From Rhodoluna sp. (GTDB lineage Bacteria; Actinomycetota; Actinomycetes; Actinomycetales; Microbacteriaceae): 64,000 nt of DNA. The stretch lies in the NCBI RefSeq assembly GCF_024641065.1, contig NZ_JAHEDV010000005.1, forward strand, positions 8,744 to 72,743, written 5' to 3'. The position numbers and the translations under genes are program-made. The notes beneath the pieces are model-generated. The model was given only the letters and a program-made list of their open reading frames with translations, did no database searches and had not been told where the DNA came from. This document shows, piece after piece, positions 37,808 to 46,385 of this stretch (its first letter is position 1; each line of letters begins with the position of its first letter).

Positions 37808-38257
37808 TTAAAGGATCGATAAAGCGGTGGCTCGCCAGCGCTGGTTGATTCCTTCAAGTCGAATGCTGACTGCGCGAGAGCGTTTTTGGCCGTTTAGAAC
37901 TACAACCGACTCGATTACTCCGTCGCGCGGTGAGGTGCTCATCATCTTTTGTACTGCAAACATTTGATGATGTGCCTTTTGCCCTTTTGCGTCTCTGCTT
38001 TGCTGGGCTTCGATGGCACGCTTAGAAAGCCGCTGATAGACATCGTCTGACAGCAACCGCGCCAGTTGATCTACCTGCCTCATACCTGAAATAACCTCGA
38101 CAACCCCCGTAGCCAAGATTTGAAGACTTTGCTCTGGATTCGGCAGGTCTGCTGTGCCCGTGTATTGGGCACCAAAAAACTCTGCTGACTCAATCAGATT
38201 GCGCACATTGCGCTTTTTGCGTTCCGGGTCGCCCCGGTTTGGAATCTCTCTTGCCAT
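37808..38257 (-). CDS. Rv3235-family protein (unknown function)
   Basis: VVEVISGMRQVDQLARLLSDDVY ... AVSIRLEGINQRWRATAL resembles the conserved actinobacterial family found next to secA. ATG 38257 is preceded by AAGGGGA; the track start at 38326 is less likely. Confidence 0.65.
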   Translation of the reverse strand: MAREIPNRGDPERKKRNVRNLIESAEFFGAQYTGTADLPNPEQSLQILATGVVEVISGMRQVDQLARLLSDDVYQRLSKRAIEAQQSRDAKGQKAHHQMFAVQKMMSTSPRDGVIESVVVLNGQKRSRAVSIRLEGINQRWRATALSIL

Positions 38258-38350
38258 GGACTTTCCCCTTCGTCCTTTTGAACCCACAACTCCTGTAGGA
38301 ATTCTGACGCTATTGCTCGATGGCATCCGTGCGCAATGGTTTGAGGTATC

Positions 38351-38947
38351 TTGTGGATAACTTTTCGAAAGTGTTCATTTTTGAACCAAAATCGCCGAAT
38401 GAACCTTGATGCAGTTTTCGAAGATCTTGAAGCCAAATATGCCGCGCAGTTGAGTGCTCAACCACCAGCAGCTAGCGACAGCCAGCAGTGTCAAAAGAAC
38501 GCTGCGACGGTTGATGCCGAGGTTCGGGTAGTAGAAGTTTTGACAGCAAGGGGTATCCGTGAAGAATTAATCGCACCTCTGCTGGGCAAAGATTTCATCG
38601 CTGGAATGGACCTGTTTCGACCGGTCTGGGTGGTCTATAAAACAGCCAGCCTAGCGAGCGTGGAATTCAAGGTCGGCGATCAGCCCGAGTTGCCGAAGAT
38701 TCGGTTTAGTAATCGCCCTCTCGATGCCATGCTCGATCTTTTGCCAAAGTTTGGGCCGATAAGTTGGCGGTTGGCCTTGGTGCGAGATGCTGCCTTGCAT
38801 GCTGGGCAATTCATAAAACACTCGGATGAACTTCTATTTGTGCAGACCGAAACAACAGAGTTGGCGCTACCGATTGAGGGCCTTGAAGTGCTGAGAGTTG
38901 AGTCTGTGGATAATTTCGGTGGCGATTTTGCAAATGGTCTGAACTAA
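38351..38947 (+). CDS. Hypothetical protein (no family recognised); the start is either TTG 38351 or ATG 38399
   Basis: An open frame with coding-like composition. It ends 4 nt before the SAF-domain gene. Confidence 0.5.
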   Translation: MWITFRKCSFLNQNRRMNLDAVFEDLEAKYAAQLSAQPPAASDSQQCQKNAATVDAEVRVVEVLTARGIREELIAPLLGKDFIAGMDLFRPVWVVYKTASLASVEFKVGDQPELPKIRFSNRPLDAMLDLLPKFGPISWRLALVRDAALHAGQFIKHSDELLFVQTETTELALPIEGLEVLRVESVDNFGGDFANGLN

Positions 38948-38951
38948 AGCC

Positions 38952-39578
38952 ATGAGAAAAAACAATGTGGCCCTGCGTGCCGGAGGCAGAAAATTCAGGC
39001 TATTTTTGGCTGCCGGGCTAATGATGCTCTCAGCTGCAGCCCTGCTCTGGTTTACCTTGCAGTCTGAACGGGTGACAACGACGGTCATGGTAGCGGCAGT
39101 AGATTTGCCAGCCGGGGCTCAGATCGAATCGGGGCAACTGAAAAGTGTGCAGATGAACCTCGGTGTTAGTCAGGGCGAATACCTGGCACCCAATGACCTT
39201 CCAGATGGCGCATACGTTTTGGTGCCGGTTGGTGAAGGTCAATTAATTGCCAAGAGCAATGTTGCTGGCACGGCAATCGACGCGAGGGTGCCGGTGGTTT
39301 TCACGCCCTCAATGGCTCTTCCCAAGGGTCTTGGCCCCGGTGATTCGGTTGATGTCTGGGTGGCCGAAAAGAATGTCGACCGAACCTTTGGCGCGCCTTA
39401 CGCTTTGATTCTCGCTGCTGAGGTTTCAAACGTGACCGAACCCACTGGAGTGATGGCTAATGGTGTGGCTCAGGTAGAACTGAGTGTTCCGGCTGATGCG
39501 GTTTCGCCCGTGCTTGCGGCGATAGCGAATGAGTCTGCGCTCTCTATTATTTTGCGACCGACACTTGCCGATGGCTAG
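38952..39578 (+). CDS. SAF-domain protein, CpaB/FlgA-like, with an N-terminal membrane anchor
   Basis: TM anchor FRLFLAAGLMMLSAAALLWF followed by VAAVDLPAGAQIESGQL, typical of SAF/CpaB N-terminal beta-clip domains. Confidence 0.6.
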   Translation: MRKNNVALRAGGRKFRLFLAAGLMMLSAAALLWFTLQSERVTTTVMVAAVDLPAGAQIESGQLKSVQMNLGVSQGEYLAPNDLPDGAYVLVPVGEGQLIAKSNVAGTAIDARVPVVFTPSMALPKGLGPGDSVDVWVAEKNVDRTFGAPYALILAAEVSNVTEPTGVMANGVAQVELSVPADAVSPVLAAIANESALSIILRPTLADG

Positions 39579-40413
39579 CGCCAAACTTATTGGCATCTGG
39601 TCTGCGGGCGGTTCAGCCGGAAAGTCATCTATCGCTCTTGGACTGGCCGCCGAGTTAGCCGCGGCCAAACAACGGGTGCTGCTGATAGACGCTGATATCT
39701 ATTCGCCGAGCCTGGCGCTAATGCTTGGATTAGTCGATCACTCCGCAGGTTTGGCGGCCGCATGCCGGATAGCTTCACAAGACCGATTCAACCAATTTGA
39801 ACTTGAGAGATTCTCGGTTCGAGTGCCCGTGGGTAGCCAAGAATTCAGCCTGATGACCGGCATCTCTTCTTCCAGTCGCTGGCCTGAGGTTTCGGCTGAG
39901 CGCTTTGAGAATTTGCTTGAGAGTATTCGTGAAGAATTTGATTTCATCATTTGCGATCTGGCTTCGAACCTCGAGGTCGGCCTGAGGCAACAGGGGAGTG
40001 GGCAGGAGCGAAACGCACTTACCCAATCGGTCTTGAAAACGGTCGACCAAATTATTGGAATCTGTATCGCCGATCAGGTAGGTATTTCGCGCTATCTTCA
40101 GCAGCTGCCCGAGCTAACCGACCTTCGACCAAAAGGCGAGGTTTATACACTCGTGAATCGCCTTAGATCATCAGTTCTTGGTGCAAATGCCAAACAGCAA
40201 ATTTCTGAAACTCTCGCCAGACTGGGCCAAGTTTCACCCGACGGTTTCATCCCAGATGATTCAACGGCTTTTGACTTGGCACTTAAAAATGCTCGGCCGA
40301 TATCGCTAGCCAAACGAGGTTCGGCAGCCAAGCAGGCAATTGAGTTGTTTGCGAGAACTCAGTTGCTGGGCCAACGATCAAACTTAGACAAACGCCTGAC
40401 TAAACTCGGTTAG
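39571..40413 (+). CDS. ParA/MinD-superfamily P-loop ATPase, CpaE/Ssd-like
   Basis: Deviant Walker A IGIWSAGGSAGKSSIALGLA, LLIDADIYSPSL, and Walker B-like FDFIICDL. 8-nt overlap with the SAF gene. Confidence 0.7.
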   Translation: MASAKLIGIWSAGGSAGKSSIALGLAAELAAAKQRVLLIDADIYSPSLALMLGLVDHSAGLAAACRIASQDRFNQFELERFSVRVPVGSQEFSLMTGISSSSRWPEVSAERFENLLESIREEFDFIICDLASNLEVGLRQQGSGQERNALTQSVLKTVDQIIGICIADQVGISRYLQQLPELTDLRPKGEVYTLVNRLRSSVLGANAKQQISETLARLGQVSPDGFIPDDSTAFDLALKNARPISLAKRGSAAKQAIELFARTQLLGQRSNLDKRLTKLG

Positions 40414-41889
40414 GTGTCTACGCTTAGCGAATTAGTAAAGGCCCATCAGGGGCAAAGCAGCCATGCTGAAATCGAGTGGCTGCAGTTGCTCATGGCTGAC
40501 TGGCAGCTTGTTGCTGACCTAGTTTTTGCTGACCTGGTGCTTTGGATTCCTGACTCAAAAGGTGGCTTTATTGCCGCCGGTCACGCACGACCATCGAGCG
40601 ATGCCACAATTTTTTATCGAGACATCACTGGCTCGCAAATTCGAAAAGACTGGGCCCAACAGGTCAAGTCAGCTTTCGAAGATGGCCGAGTTGTCGAAGA
40701 CAGAACTACCTCAACCGAAGATGGTTTGACCACCCGTCTCACGGCGATTCCGGTTCGCAGAAAACTTTCGACCAAGTCTGAAGAGGTATCAAAGTCGCCT
40801 ATCGCGGTGGTGACCAGGCACACCAACCTCAGTGAGGTTAAGGTTCCTAACCGCTTGCAGTTGAATTACTTGGCCTGTGGTTATGAATTGTTGACCATGA
40901 TGTCTGAAGGAAACTATCCCGATTTCAGCAATCCAACCGGCCCTCGCCGCGGTGCACCTCGTGCGAACGATGGCCTTTTGCGTCTTGACGTTGACGGTTT
41001 GGTCACTTTTGCAAGCCCAAACGGTCTTTCGGCATTCAACCGACTTGGAATCAAAGGCGAGCTCGAAGGTCAATCGCTGGCCACCGCCTCGACTCCAGTT
41101 CTAAAAAATCGCAACGTTGACGAATCGCTTCCGTTGGTTCTAACCGGGCGCGCTCCTTGGCGCACCGACATGGAATCGCGCAACGTCACATTGACCGTGC
41201 GCGCAATTCCGCTTCGCAAAGGTGCCGAACGAACCGGTGCAATTGTGCTTTGTCGCGATGTAACTGAGTTGCGTCGCCAAGAGCGCGAATTGATTACCAA
41301 GGATGCTACCATCCGTGAAATTCACCACCGAGTGAAGAACAATCTGCAGACCGTAGCGAGTTTGCTGCGAATTCAAGCTCGACGAAGCAAGAGCCAAGAG
41401 GCTAAAGAGTCACTGCAGCAGGCGATGAGACGCGTTTCTGCAATTGCACTGGTGCACGACACTCTTTCAGAAGGCCTCAACCAAGACGTGAATTTCGACG
41501 AGGTTTTCGACCGCATTTTGATGCTGGCCACCGAGGTTGCTTCGAGCATGAACACCTCGGTGCGAACCATACTCGACGGAAAGTTCGGCCAGCTAAAGAG
41601 TGAGCTAGCGACACCGCTTGCTGTGGCCCTCACCGAGGTGATTACCAACGCGGTTGAGCACGGCTTGGCCGACAGAAGTGGTGTGGTTGCCGTCAACGCC
41701 GAACGTAACGCCAAACAACTGATCATCACCGTCTCTGACAACGGCAAGGGTCTCGAAGGCGGCCAGGTTGGCGCTGGATTGGGCACACAGATTATCCGAA
41801 CGCTAATTGAGGGTGAACTTCGGGGAACAATTTTCTGGTCTTCACCAAGTGATGGTGGCGCTCGAGTAGTGATTTCGCTGCCGCTTTAG
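40414..41889 (+). CDS. pdtaS: Cytoplasmic GAF/PAS sensor histidine kinase, PdtaS-like (HisKA_2 H box)
   Basis: No TM segments. H box IREIHHRVKNNLQTVASLL and an HATPase_c region (LTEVITNAVEHG, DNGKGL, GLGTQI). It is adjacent to a WhiB1-like gene, as with M. tuberculosis Rv3220c/Rv3219. Confidence 0.8.
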   Translation: MSTLSELVKAHQGQSSHAEIEWLQLLMADWQLVADLVFADLVLWIPDSKGGFIAAGHARPSSDATIFYRDITGSQIRKDWAQQVKSAFEDGRVVEDRTTSTEDGLTTRLTAIPVRRKLSTKSEEVSKSPIAVVTRHTNLSEVKVPNRLQLNYLACGYELLTMMSEGNYPDFSNPTGPRRGAPRANDGLLRLDVDGLVTFASPNGLSAFNRLGIKGELEGQSLATASTPVLKNRNVDESLPLVLTGRAPWRTDMESRNVTLTVRAIPLRKGAERTGAIVLCRDVTELRRQERELITKDATIREIHHRVKNNLQTVASLLRIQARRSKSQEAKESLQQAMRRVSAIALVHDTLSEGLNQDVNFDEVFDRILMLATEVASSMNTSVRTILDGKFGQLKSELATPLAVALTEVITNAVEHGLADRSGVVAVNAERNAKQLIITVSDNGKGLEGGQVGAGLGTQIIRTLIEGELRGTIFWSSPSDGGARVVISLPL

Positions 41890-41903
41890 TTTTTGACCCA
41901 AAG

Positions 41904-41938
41904 AAAAACCCGCCCTGCAATTTGCAAGGCGGGTTTTT
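41904..41938. terminator. Bidirectional intrinsic terminator between the convergent pdtaS-like and whiB1-like genes
   Basis: AAAAA-CCCGCCCTGC-loop-GCAAGGCGGG-TTTTT: a GC-rich stem with one mismatch, flanked by an A5 run and a T5 run. Confidence 0.8.
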
Positions 41939-41952
41939 GAATTCTCTAGGCT

Positions 41953-42207
41953 TTAGCCGGCGCGACGAGCACGAGCATATTTGCGCTTTAGTGACTTGCG
42001 CTCATCTTCGCTAAGGCCGCCCCAAACACCAGTGTCTTGGTTTTCTTTGATTGCATATTCGAGGCACTGGGTGGCTACGCCACACTCACGGCAAACAGAC
42101 TTAGCCTGTTCAATTTGGTCTACTGCAGGGCCGGTGTTGCCAACCGGAAAGAAAAGTTCTGGGTCTTCGGTAAGGCAACGAGATTCGTTTAGCCACTGCA
42201 TATTCAT
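41953..42207 (-). CDS. whiB1: WhiB-family Fe-S transcription factor, WhiB1-like
   Basis: CLTEDPELFFPVGNTGPAVDQIEQAKSVCRECGVATQC ... GVWGGLSEDERKSLKRK closely follows the WhiB1 pattern. Confidence 0.88.
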   Translation of the reverse strand: MNMQWLNESRCLTEDPELFFPVGNTGPAVDQIEQAKSVCRECGVATQCLEYAIKENQDTGVWGGLSEDERKSLKRKYARARRAG

Positions 42208-42264
42208 ACGTGCGGTATTCCTTTTTTTAGTAAACCTTTTGGCACTCTTGCCAGACGAAGATTA

Positions 42265-42306
42265 AAGCGTTTTCGCTTTGGTGATTTACGCTAGAGAAGC
42301 GTTTTC
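42265..42306. repeat. Direct repeat AAGCGTTTTC x2 (13-mers AAGCGTTTTCGCT / AAGCGTTTTCACT) spaced 32 bp, in the whiB1 upstream region
   Basis: Copies at 42265..42274 and 42297..42306, read directly from the sequence. Function unknown. Confidence 0.6.
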
Positions 42307-42375
42307 ACTCGAACTTTTCCTTTGAAAATAGTTTCACACCGACCGCCGTTTGGCAATACCCAATATTGAGGAAAC

Positions 42376-42783
42376 ATGACTAAATCAGCAGAAAAGCGCC
42401 CAACCGGCCTCTGGCTTGTCATCCTTGTGGTGTTTGCCGAAGGTTTATTTGTTGCCTACCTTGCCGCAGTGCTTGGTTTAGGAATTCTTGAAGGTCAAAG
42501 TCGCAGTTTCAACACCATGATTGCCCTTTTTGCAATGGTTGCCGGGGCAGCCGCTCTGGTGATTTTCGTGGCCATCTCGCTTTGGCGCTCTAAGCGTTGG
42601 GCTCGCAGCGCAGCTTTCTTTTGGCAGCTCATTCAACTGGCCGTAGCCACCGGCAGCTTCAGCGGGCAATTTGGCAACCAGGCCATCGGCTGGGGGCTTA
42701 TCATTCCGTCAGCGACCGTTATCGTGACTCTTTTTAAAAAGGATGTTGTCGCCGCCACCATGAAGAGCGTCGACCCAGAATAA
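42376..42783 (+). CDS. Small integral membrane protein (4 TM), unknown function
   Basis: 135 aa with four hydrophobic segments. Divergent from whiB1. Confidence 0.55.
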   Translation: MTKSAEKRPTGLWLVILVVFAEGLFVAYLAAVLGLGILEGQSRSFNTMIALFAMVAGAAALVIFVAISLWRSKRWARSAAFFWQLIQLAVATGSFSGQFGNQAIGWGLIIPSATVIVTLFKKDVVAATMKSVDPE

Positions 42784-42795
42784 AAGCGTTTGGGT

Positions 42796-43269
42796 TTAGA
42801 TGCCCAGCTTTGAACGCAACATGGTTACGTGACCGGTGGCTTTCACGTTGTAAAGCGCGAGGGTGACTTCACCCTTCTCATCAATTGCAAAAGTCGAGCG
42901 AAGCACACCCACATATTCGCGGCCGTAGAGCTTCTTGGCGCCGTAGGCACCGAAAGCCTTGTGAACATCAAGCTCTGGGTCGCTTAGCAAGTCAAAGTTC
43001 AATTCTTGGTTGTCAGCAAACTTGCGCAATTTTGCCGGTGAGTCAGGCGAAATTCCAAGCACGGTGTAGCCTGCAGCCTTGAACGGGTTCAGGTTGTCGT
43101 TGAAATCGCAGGCTTCTTTGGTGCAGCCCGGGGTCGATGCAGCCGGGTAAAAATAGAGCACAACCTTTTGGCCTGCGTAGTCAGAGAGTGAAACTGTTTT
43201 GCCATCTTGATTCAAAACACTAAAGTTTGGAGCCTTGTCGCCAGCAACTAATTTTTTCTCATCAGACAT
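42796..43269 (-). CDS. bcp: Thioredoxin-dependent thiol peroxidase (Bcp/PrxQ peroxiredoxin)
   Basis: VLYFYPAASTPGCTKEACDF (the PxxxTxxC motif with a resolving Cys 5 residues later). ATG 43269 (MSDEKK) chosen. Confidence 0.9.
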   Translation of the reverse strand: MSDEKKLVAGDKAPNFSVLNQDGKTVSLSDYAGQKVVLYFYPAASTPGCTKEACDFNDNLNPFKAAGYTVLGISPDSPAKLRKFADNQELNFDLLSDPELDVHKAFGAYGAKKLYGREYVGVLRSTFAIDEKGEVTLALYNVKATGHVTMLRSKLGI

Positions 43270-43328
43270 AGTCTTCAGTCTATTCGATGTGGTAATGTTG
43301 ACTCTCGTTGCGCTGAAAAGTTCAACTC

Positions 43329-43404
43329 GCACCTCTAGCTCAATCGGCAGAGCAACTGACTCTTAATCAGTGGGTTCCGGGTTCAAGTCCCGGGGGGTGC
43401 ACCA
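43329..43404 (+). tRNA. tRNA-Lys (anticodon CTT), CCA encoded
   Basis: Cloverleaf folded by hand. Acceptor GCACCTC/GGGGTGC, D-arm GCTC-AATCGGCA-GAGC, anticodon arm ACTGA-CTCTTAA-TCAGT, 5-nt variable loop, T-arm CCGGG-TTCAAGT-CCCGG, discriminator A, then CCA. Confidence 0.93.
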
Positions 43405-43411
43405 CCCAAGA

Positions 43412-43443
43412 TCCCCCTGCAACTGCAGGCGGGGTCTTTTTTA
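43412..43443 (+). terminator. Intrinsic terminator after tRNA-Lys
   Basis: Stem CCCCCTGCA / TGCAGGCGGGG (one bulge) followed by TCTTTTTTAT. Confidence 0.75.
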
Positions 43444-43521
43444 TCTCGCAAATTCAGTTTCAGGTTTGCTGTTGTACATTTGAACTAATTCCGCCCGAAA
43501 GGGCTTGAGACTGGGGGATTC

Positions 43522-43914
43522 ATGACTACAAGCAGCGCACCTTCTTTTTGCGGCCAGTGTGGTACTCAGCACATCGCTGATTCTGCCTTCTGCACCAACT
43601 GTGGCACCCCTCGACCAATAGTTGCTGCAGCGCCAGCATCCCAGCCTTCAACAGCTGCTGTAGCACAGCCGATCGCCCCGGACGCCTCTGTTCCAGGTGA
43701 TGCGTCACTGCCTCCTCAGCGCGAATACATCATCGCCCTGTTGCTTTCAATTTTTCTGGGCACGCTCGGTGTCGACCGCTTCTACACCGGTCACATCGGC
43801 CTCGGCGTAGGCAAGCTGCTCACCTTTGGTGGATTTGGCATTTGGGCGCTGATCGACATCATTCTTTATGCAACCCGAAGCGTCACCGACGTTCAGGGTC
43901 GACCACTGATTTAG
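43522..43914 (+). CDS. Zinc-ribbon + TM2-domain membrane protein
   Basis: N-terminal CGQCG...CTNCG ribbon, a Pro/Ala-rich linker, and a C-terminal two-helix TM2-like region (LGTLGVDRFYTGHIGLGVGKLLTFGGFGIWALID). Confidence 0.7.
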   Translation: MTTSSAPSFCGQCGTQHIADSAFCTNCGTPRPIVAAAPASQPSTAAVAQPIAPDASVPGDASLPPQREYIIALLLSIFLGTLGVDRFYTGHIGLGVGKLLTFGGFGIWALIDIILYATRSVTDVQGRPLI

Positions 43915-43956
43915 TAACTCAACGTAGCCTTCAAAACCCACTGCAATAATTGGCTT

Positions 43957-45108
43957 ATGTCTGACTCACAGGTAATCGCAGCAAACATCCAAGAATTGCG
44001 CCAGCGTCACAGCTCAAAGTGGCGCCGCTTTGCGCCCGATGTTTTGCCAATGCACGTTGCCGAGATGGATTTTCAGATCGCCGAAGGCATCCGTGATGTA
44101 ATCGTCGACTTCACCAATCGCTCAGACCTTGGTTACCTTGGCCCGGTGCCAGAGGTTGCTGAGAGTTTTGTTGCCTTTGCCGCCAAGCGCTGGGGCTGGG
44201 CCGTTGATGCCAAGCAGGTCAAATTAGCCACGGATGTCGGCGTTGCCGCCGTTGAGGTCTTTAGAGCTCTCGGCAAGCCAGGCGACCAGGTGGTTGTGAA
44301 CACCCCGGTTTACAGCGCATTTTTTGGTTGGATTGCCGAAACCAAACTTTCGCAGGTTGATGTGCCCTTGATTGAGAGCGGCACCGACTGGAGCCTTGAC
44401 CTTGACGGGCTCGAGAAGGCCTTTGCGGCTGGCGCCAAGTTCTACTTGCTCTGTCACCCTCACAACCCGCTGGGCAAGGTTTACAGCCGCGCTGAGCTAA
44501 CTGCCATTGCCGCGTTGGCGGTCAAATATGACGTAATCGTGATTAGCGATGAAATTCACGGCCCGCTAACTTACGCCGGCGTTGACTTCACACCGTATCT
44601 TGCCTGCGGTGCAGATGCCGAAGCAACCGGAATCGTAATTACCTCGGCGAGCAAGTCATGGAACCTTGCGGGCTTGAAGGCTGCGATTTTGGTGACCCAA
44701 AGTGCAGCGATGGCAACCAAGGTTTCGGTTTTGCCACCAGACATGCATTGGCGAACCTCGATTCTCGGGGCCTTCGCTATGGCCGAGGCATTCACTAACG
44801 GTGAGCAGTGGCTTGATTCAGCGCTTGAGACCATCCAGGGAAATTTTGAATTCATGAAGTCTGAGGTGGCGGCGAAGCTGCCCGGCGTCACAGTGGTTGA
44901 AGCTCACAACAGCTATCTAGCGTGGTGGGATGTCACTTCTTTGAACCTAGGCACTGAACCAGCCAAGCGCATTCACGATGACGCGCGCGTTGCTGTTGTG
45001 CCGGGCGCTGACCTGGGTGCAGGTTATGAACACTTTGTGCGATTCAACTATGCAACCAGTCGCGAAAACATCAGCGAGGCTATTTCTCGCATTGCGGCAA
45101 TCGCCTAA
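43957..45108 (+). CDS. PLP-dependent class I/II aminotransferase-fold enzyme, MalY/PatB-type cystathionine beta-lyase
   Basis: MHVAEMDF, NPHNPLG, and SASKSWNLAGLK (PLP lysine). Confidence 0.8.
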   Translation: MSDSQVIAANIQELRQRHSSKWRRFAPDVLPMHVAEMDFQIAEGIRDVIVDFTNRSDLGYLGPVPEVAESFVAFAAKRWGWAVDAKQVKLATDVGVAAVEVFRALGKPGDQVVVNTPVYSAFFGWIAETKLSQVDVPLIESGTDWSLDLDGLEKAFAAGAKFYLLCHPHNPLGKVYSRAELTAIAALAVKYDVIVISDEIHGPLTYAGVDFTPYLACGADAEATGIVITSASKSWNLAGLKAAILVTQSAAMATKVSVLPPDMHWRTSILGAFAMAEAFTNGEQWLDSALETIQGNFEFMKSEVAAKLPGVTVVEAHNSYLAWWDVTSLNLGTEPAKRIHDDARVAVVPGADLGAGYEHFVRFNYATSRENISEAISRIAAIA

Positions 45109-45152
45109 CCAGCCGACCAGAAGGCCGGCAACCCAGCGCGAATTTGCAGTAT

Positions 45153-46385
45153 TTAGATTGCCTTTAGGGCAGTCTCGATGTCTTTGATCAGGTCATCTGG
45201 GTGCTCTAGGCCAACCGAAAGGCGCACAGTTGTCGGAGTAATTCCCATCTCAGCCTGAATCTCAGCCGACAGGCGTCGGTGAGTAGTCGAAGCCGGGTGA
45301 GTCATCAACGATTTGCTGTCGCCCAGGTTGTTTGAGATGTCAATCACCTGAAGCGCGTTCATGAATCTGAACACGGCAGCTTTATCGCCCTTGAAGTCGA
45401 TGGCTACGGTTGAACCGCCACCCTTCATCTGCTGCTTAGCCAGCTCATAGCCAACGTGCGACTTCAAGAACGGGTAAGCAACTCGGTTGATTGCCGCATG
45501 ATTCTCGAAGTGCTCAGCAATTGCGGTTGCAGTGTTCGACATGCGCTCAACTCGCATGCTCATGGTCTCTAGAGACTTAAGCATTACCCAAGCGTTGAAT
45601 GCGCTCATCGATGGGCCGGTGTGACGAGTGAACGGAATCACGCTCTCGGTGATGTACTTTTGGCTACCCAAAATTGCTCCACCCAAAACACGGCCCTGGC
45701 CGTCGATGTGCTTGGTGGTTGAATACATAACCACATCGGCGCCAAGCTCGAGTGGCTTCTGTAGAACCGGCGATGCCATTACGTTGTCAACAATTACGGT
45801 TGCGCCAACCTTGTGAGCCAAATCGCTGACCATGCGAATGTCGGTGATCTCCATCAGCGGGTTGCTAGGCGATTCAATAAATACAGCTGTGGTCGGCTCG
45901 CTTAGAGCCTTTGCCCAAGCCTCAGGGGTGTTCTCTTCAACCAAGACGGTGTTGACGCCCCACTTAGGCAGAATCTCGGTCAAAACCACATAGCAAGAGC
46001 TAAACATTGCGGCATAGGCCACCACGCGGTCGCCAGACTTGACCAAACATGCCACGGATGCAAACATCGCGGCCATACCCGAAGCAGTCGCGAAGCAGGC
46101 TTCGGCTCCCTCAAGAATTGCTAGTCGATTTTCGAACTGAGCAACGGTTGGGTTGGCAAAGCGTGAATAAAGAAAGTGCTCGGTTTCATCCTTGAAAGAA
46201 GCCTCGGCCTGTTCAGCAGAATCGTAGGTGAAGCCAGAGTTGAGAAACAGCGCCTCGCTGGTCTCGCCGAAACCGGTGCGAGCAAGGGCTCCGCGAATCG
46301 CCTGGGTGTCAGGGTGTAGCTGCCAGTTTGGTTCAGCAGCTTCGTTTACGTCTTGATAACCCCATGGGCGATTGCGTTTGGTCAT
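45153..46385 (-). CDS. metZ: O-succinyl/O-acetylhomoserine sulfhydrylase (Cys/Met-metabolism PLP family)
   Basis: 410 aa with the YSRFANPT and STTKHIDGQG (PLP lysine) blocks typical of MetZ/MetY. 4-nt overlap with the preceding cysteine desulfurase gene. Confidence 0.85.
   Translation of the reverse strand: MTKRNRPWGYQDVNEAAEPNWQLHPDTQAIRGALARTGFGETSEALFLNSGFTYDSAEQAEASFKDETEHFLYSRFANPTVAQFENRLAILEGAEACFATASGMAAMFASVACLVKSGDRVVAYAAMFSSCYVVLTEILPKWGVNTVLVEENTPEAWAKALSEPTTAVFIESPSNPLMEITDIRMVSDLAHKVGATVIVDNVMASPVLQKPLELGADVVMYSTTKHIDGQGRVLGGAILGSQKYITESVIPFTRHTGPSMSAFNAWVMLKSLETMSMRVERMSNTATAIAEHFENHAAINRVAYPFLKSHVGYELAKQQMKGGGSTVAIDFKGDKAAVFRFMNALQVIDISNNLGDSKSLMTHPASTTHRRLSAEIQAEMGITPTTVRLSVGLEHPDDLIKDIETALKAI

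Noticed and set aside
39571-40413. The ParA-like ATPase as a chromosome/plasmid partition protein
   Set aside because: There is no adjacent ParB/centromere-binding gene. The partner is a SAF/CpaB-like protein, and the Walker A lacks the ParA signature lysine. A CpaE/Ssd-like role is more likely.
43298-43327. TTGACT-N18-TCAACT as the promoter of tRNA-Lys
   Set aside because: The putative -10 ends only 1 nt before the mature tRNA 5' end, and the hexamer is poor. The geometry is implausible.
43329-43521. tRNA-Lys as an integration site for a genomic island
   Set aside because: There is no integrase, no recognisable repeat of the tRNA 3' end downstream, and no mobility genes. The downstream genes are ordinary metabolic genes, so I cannot support an island call.
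45112-45129. Weak hairpin GCCGACC-AGAA-GGCCGGC between the convergent patB-like and metZ genes
   Set aside because: It has only 7 bp with a mismatch and no U-tract, so I am not confident enough to list it as a terminator.
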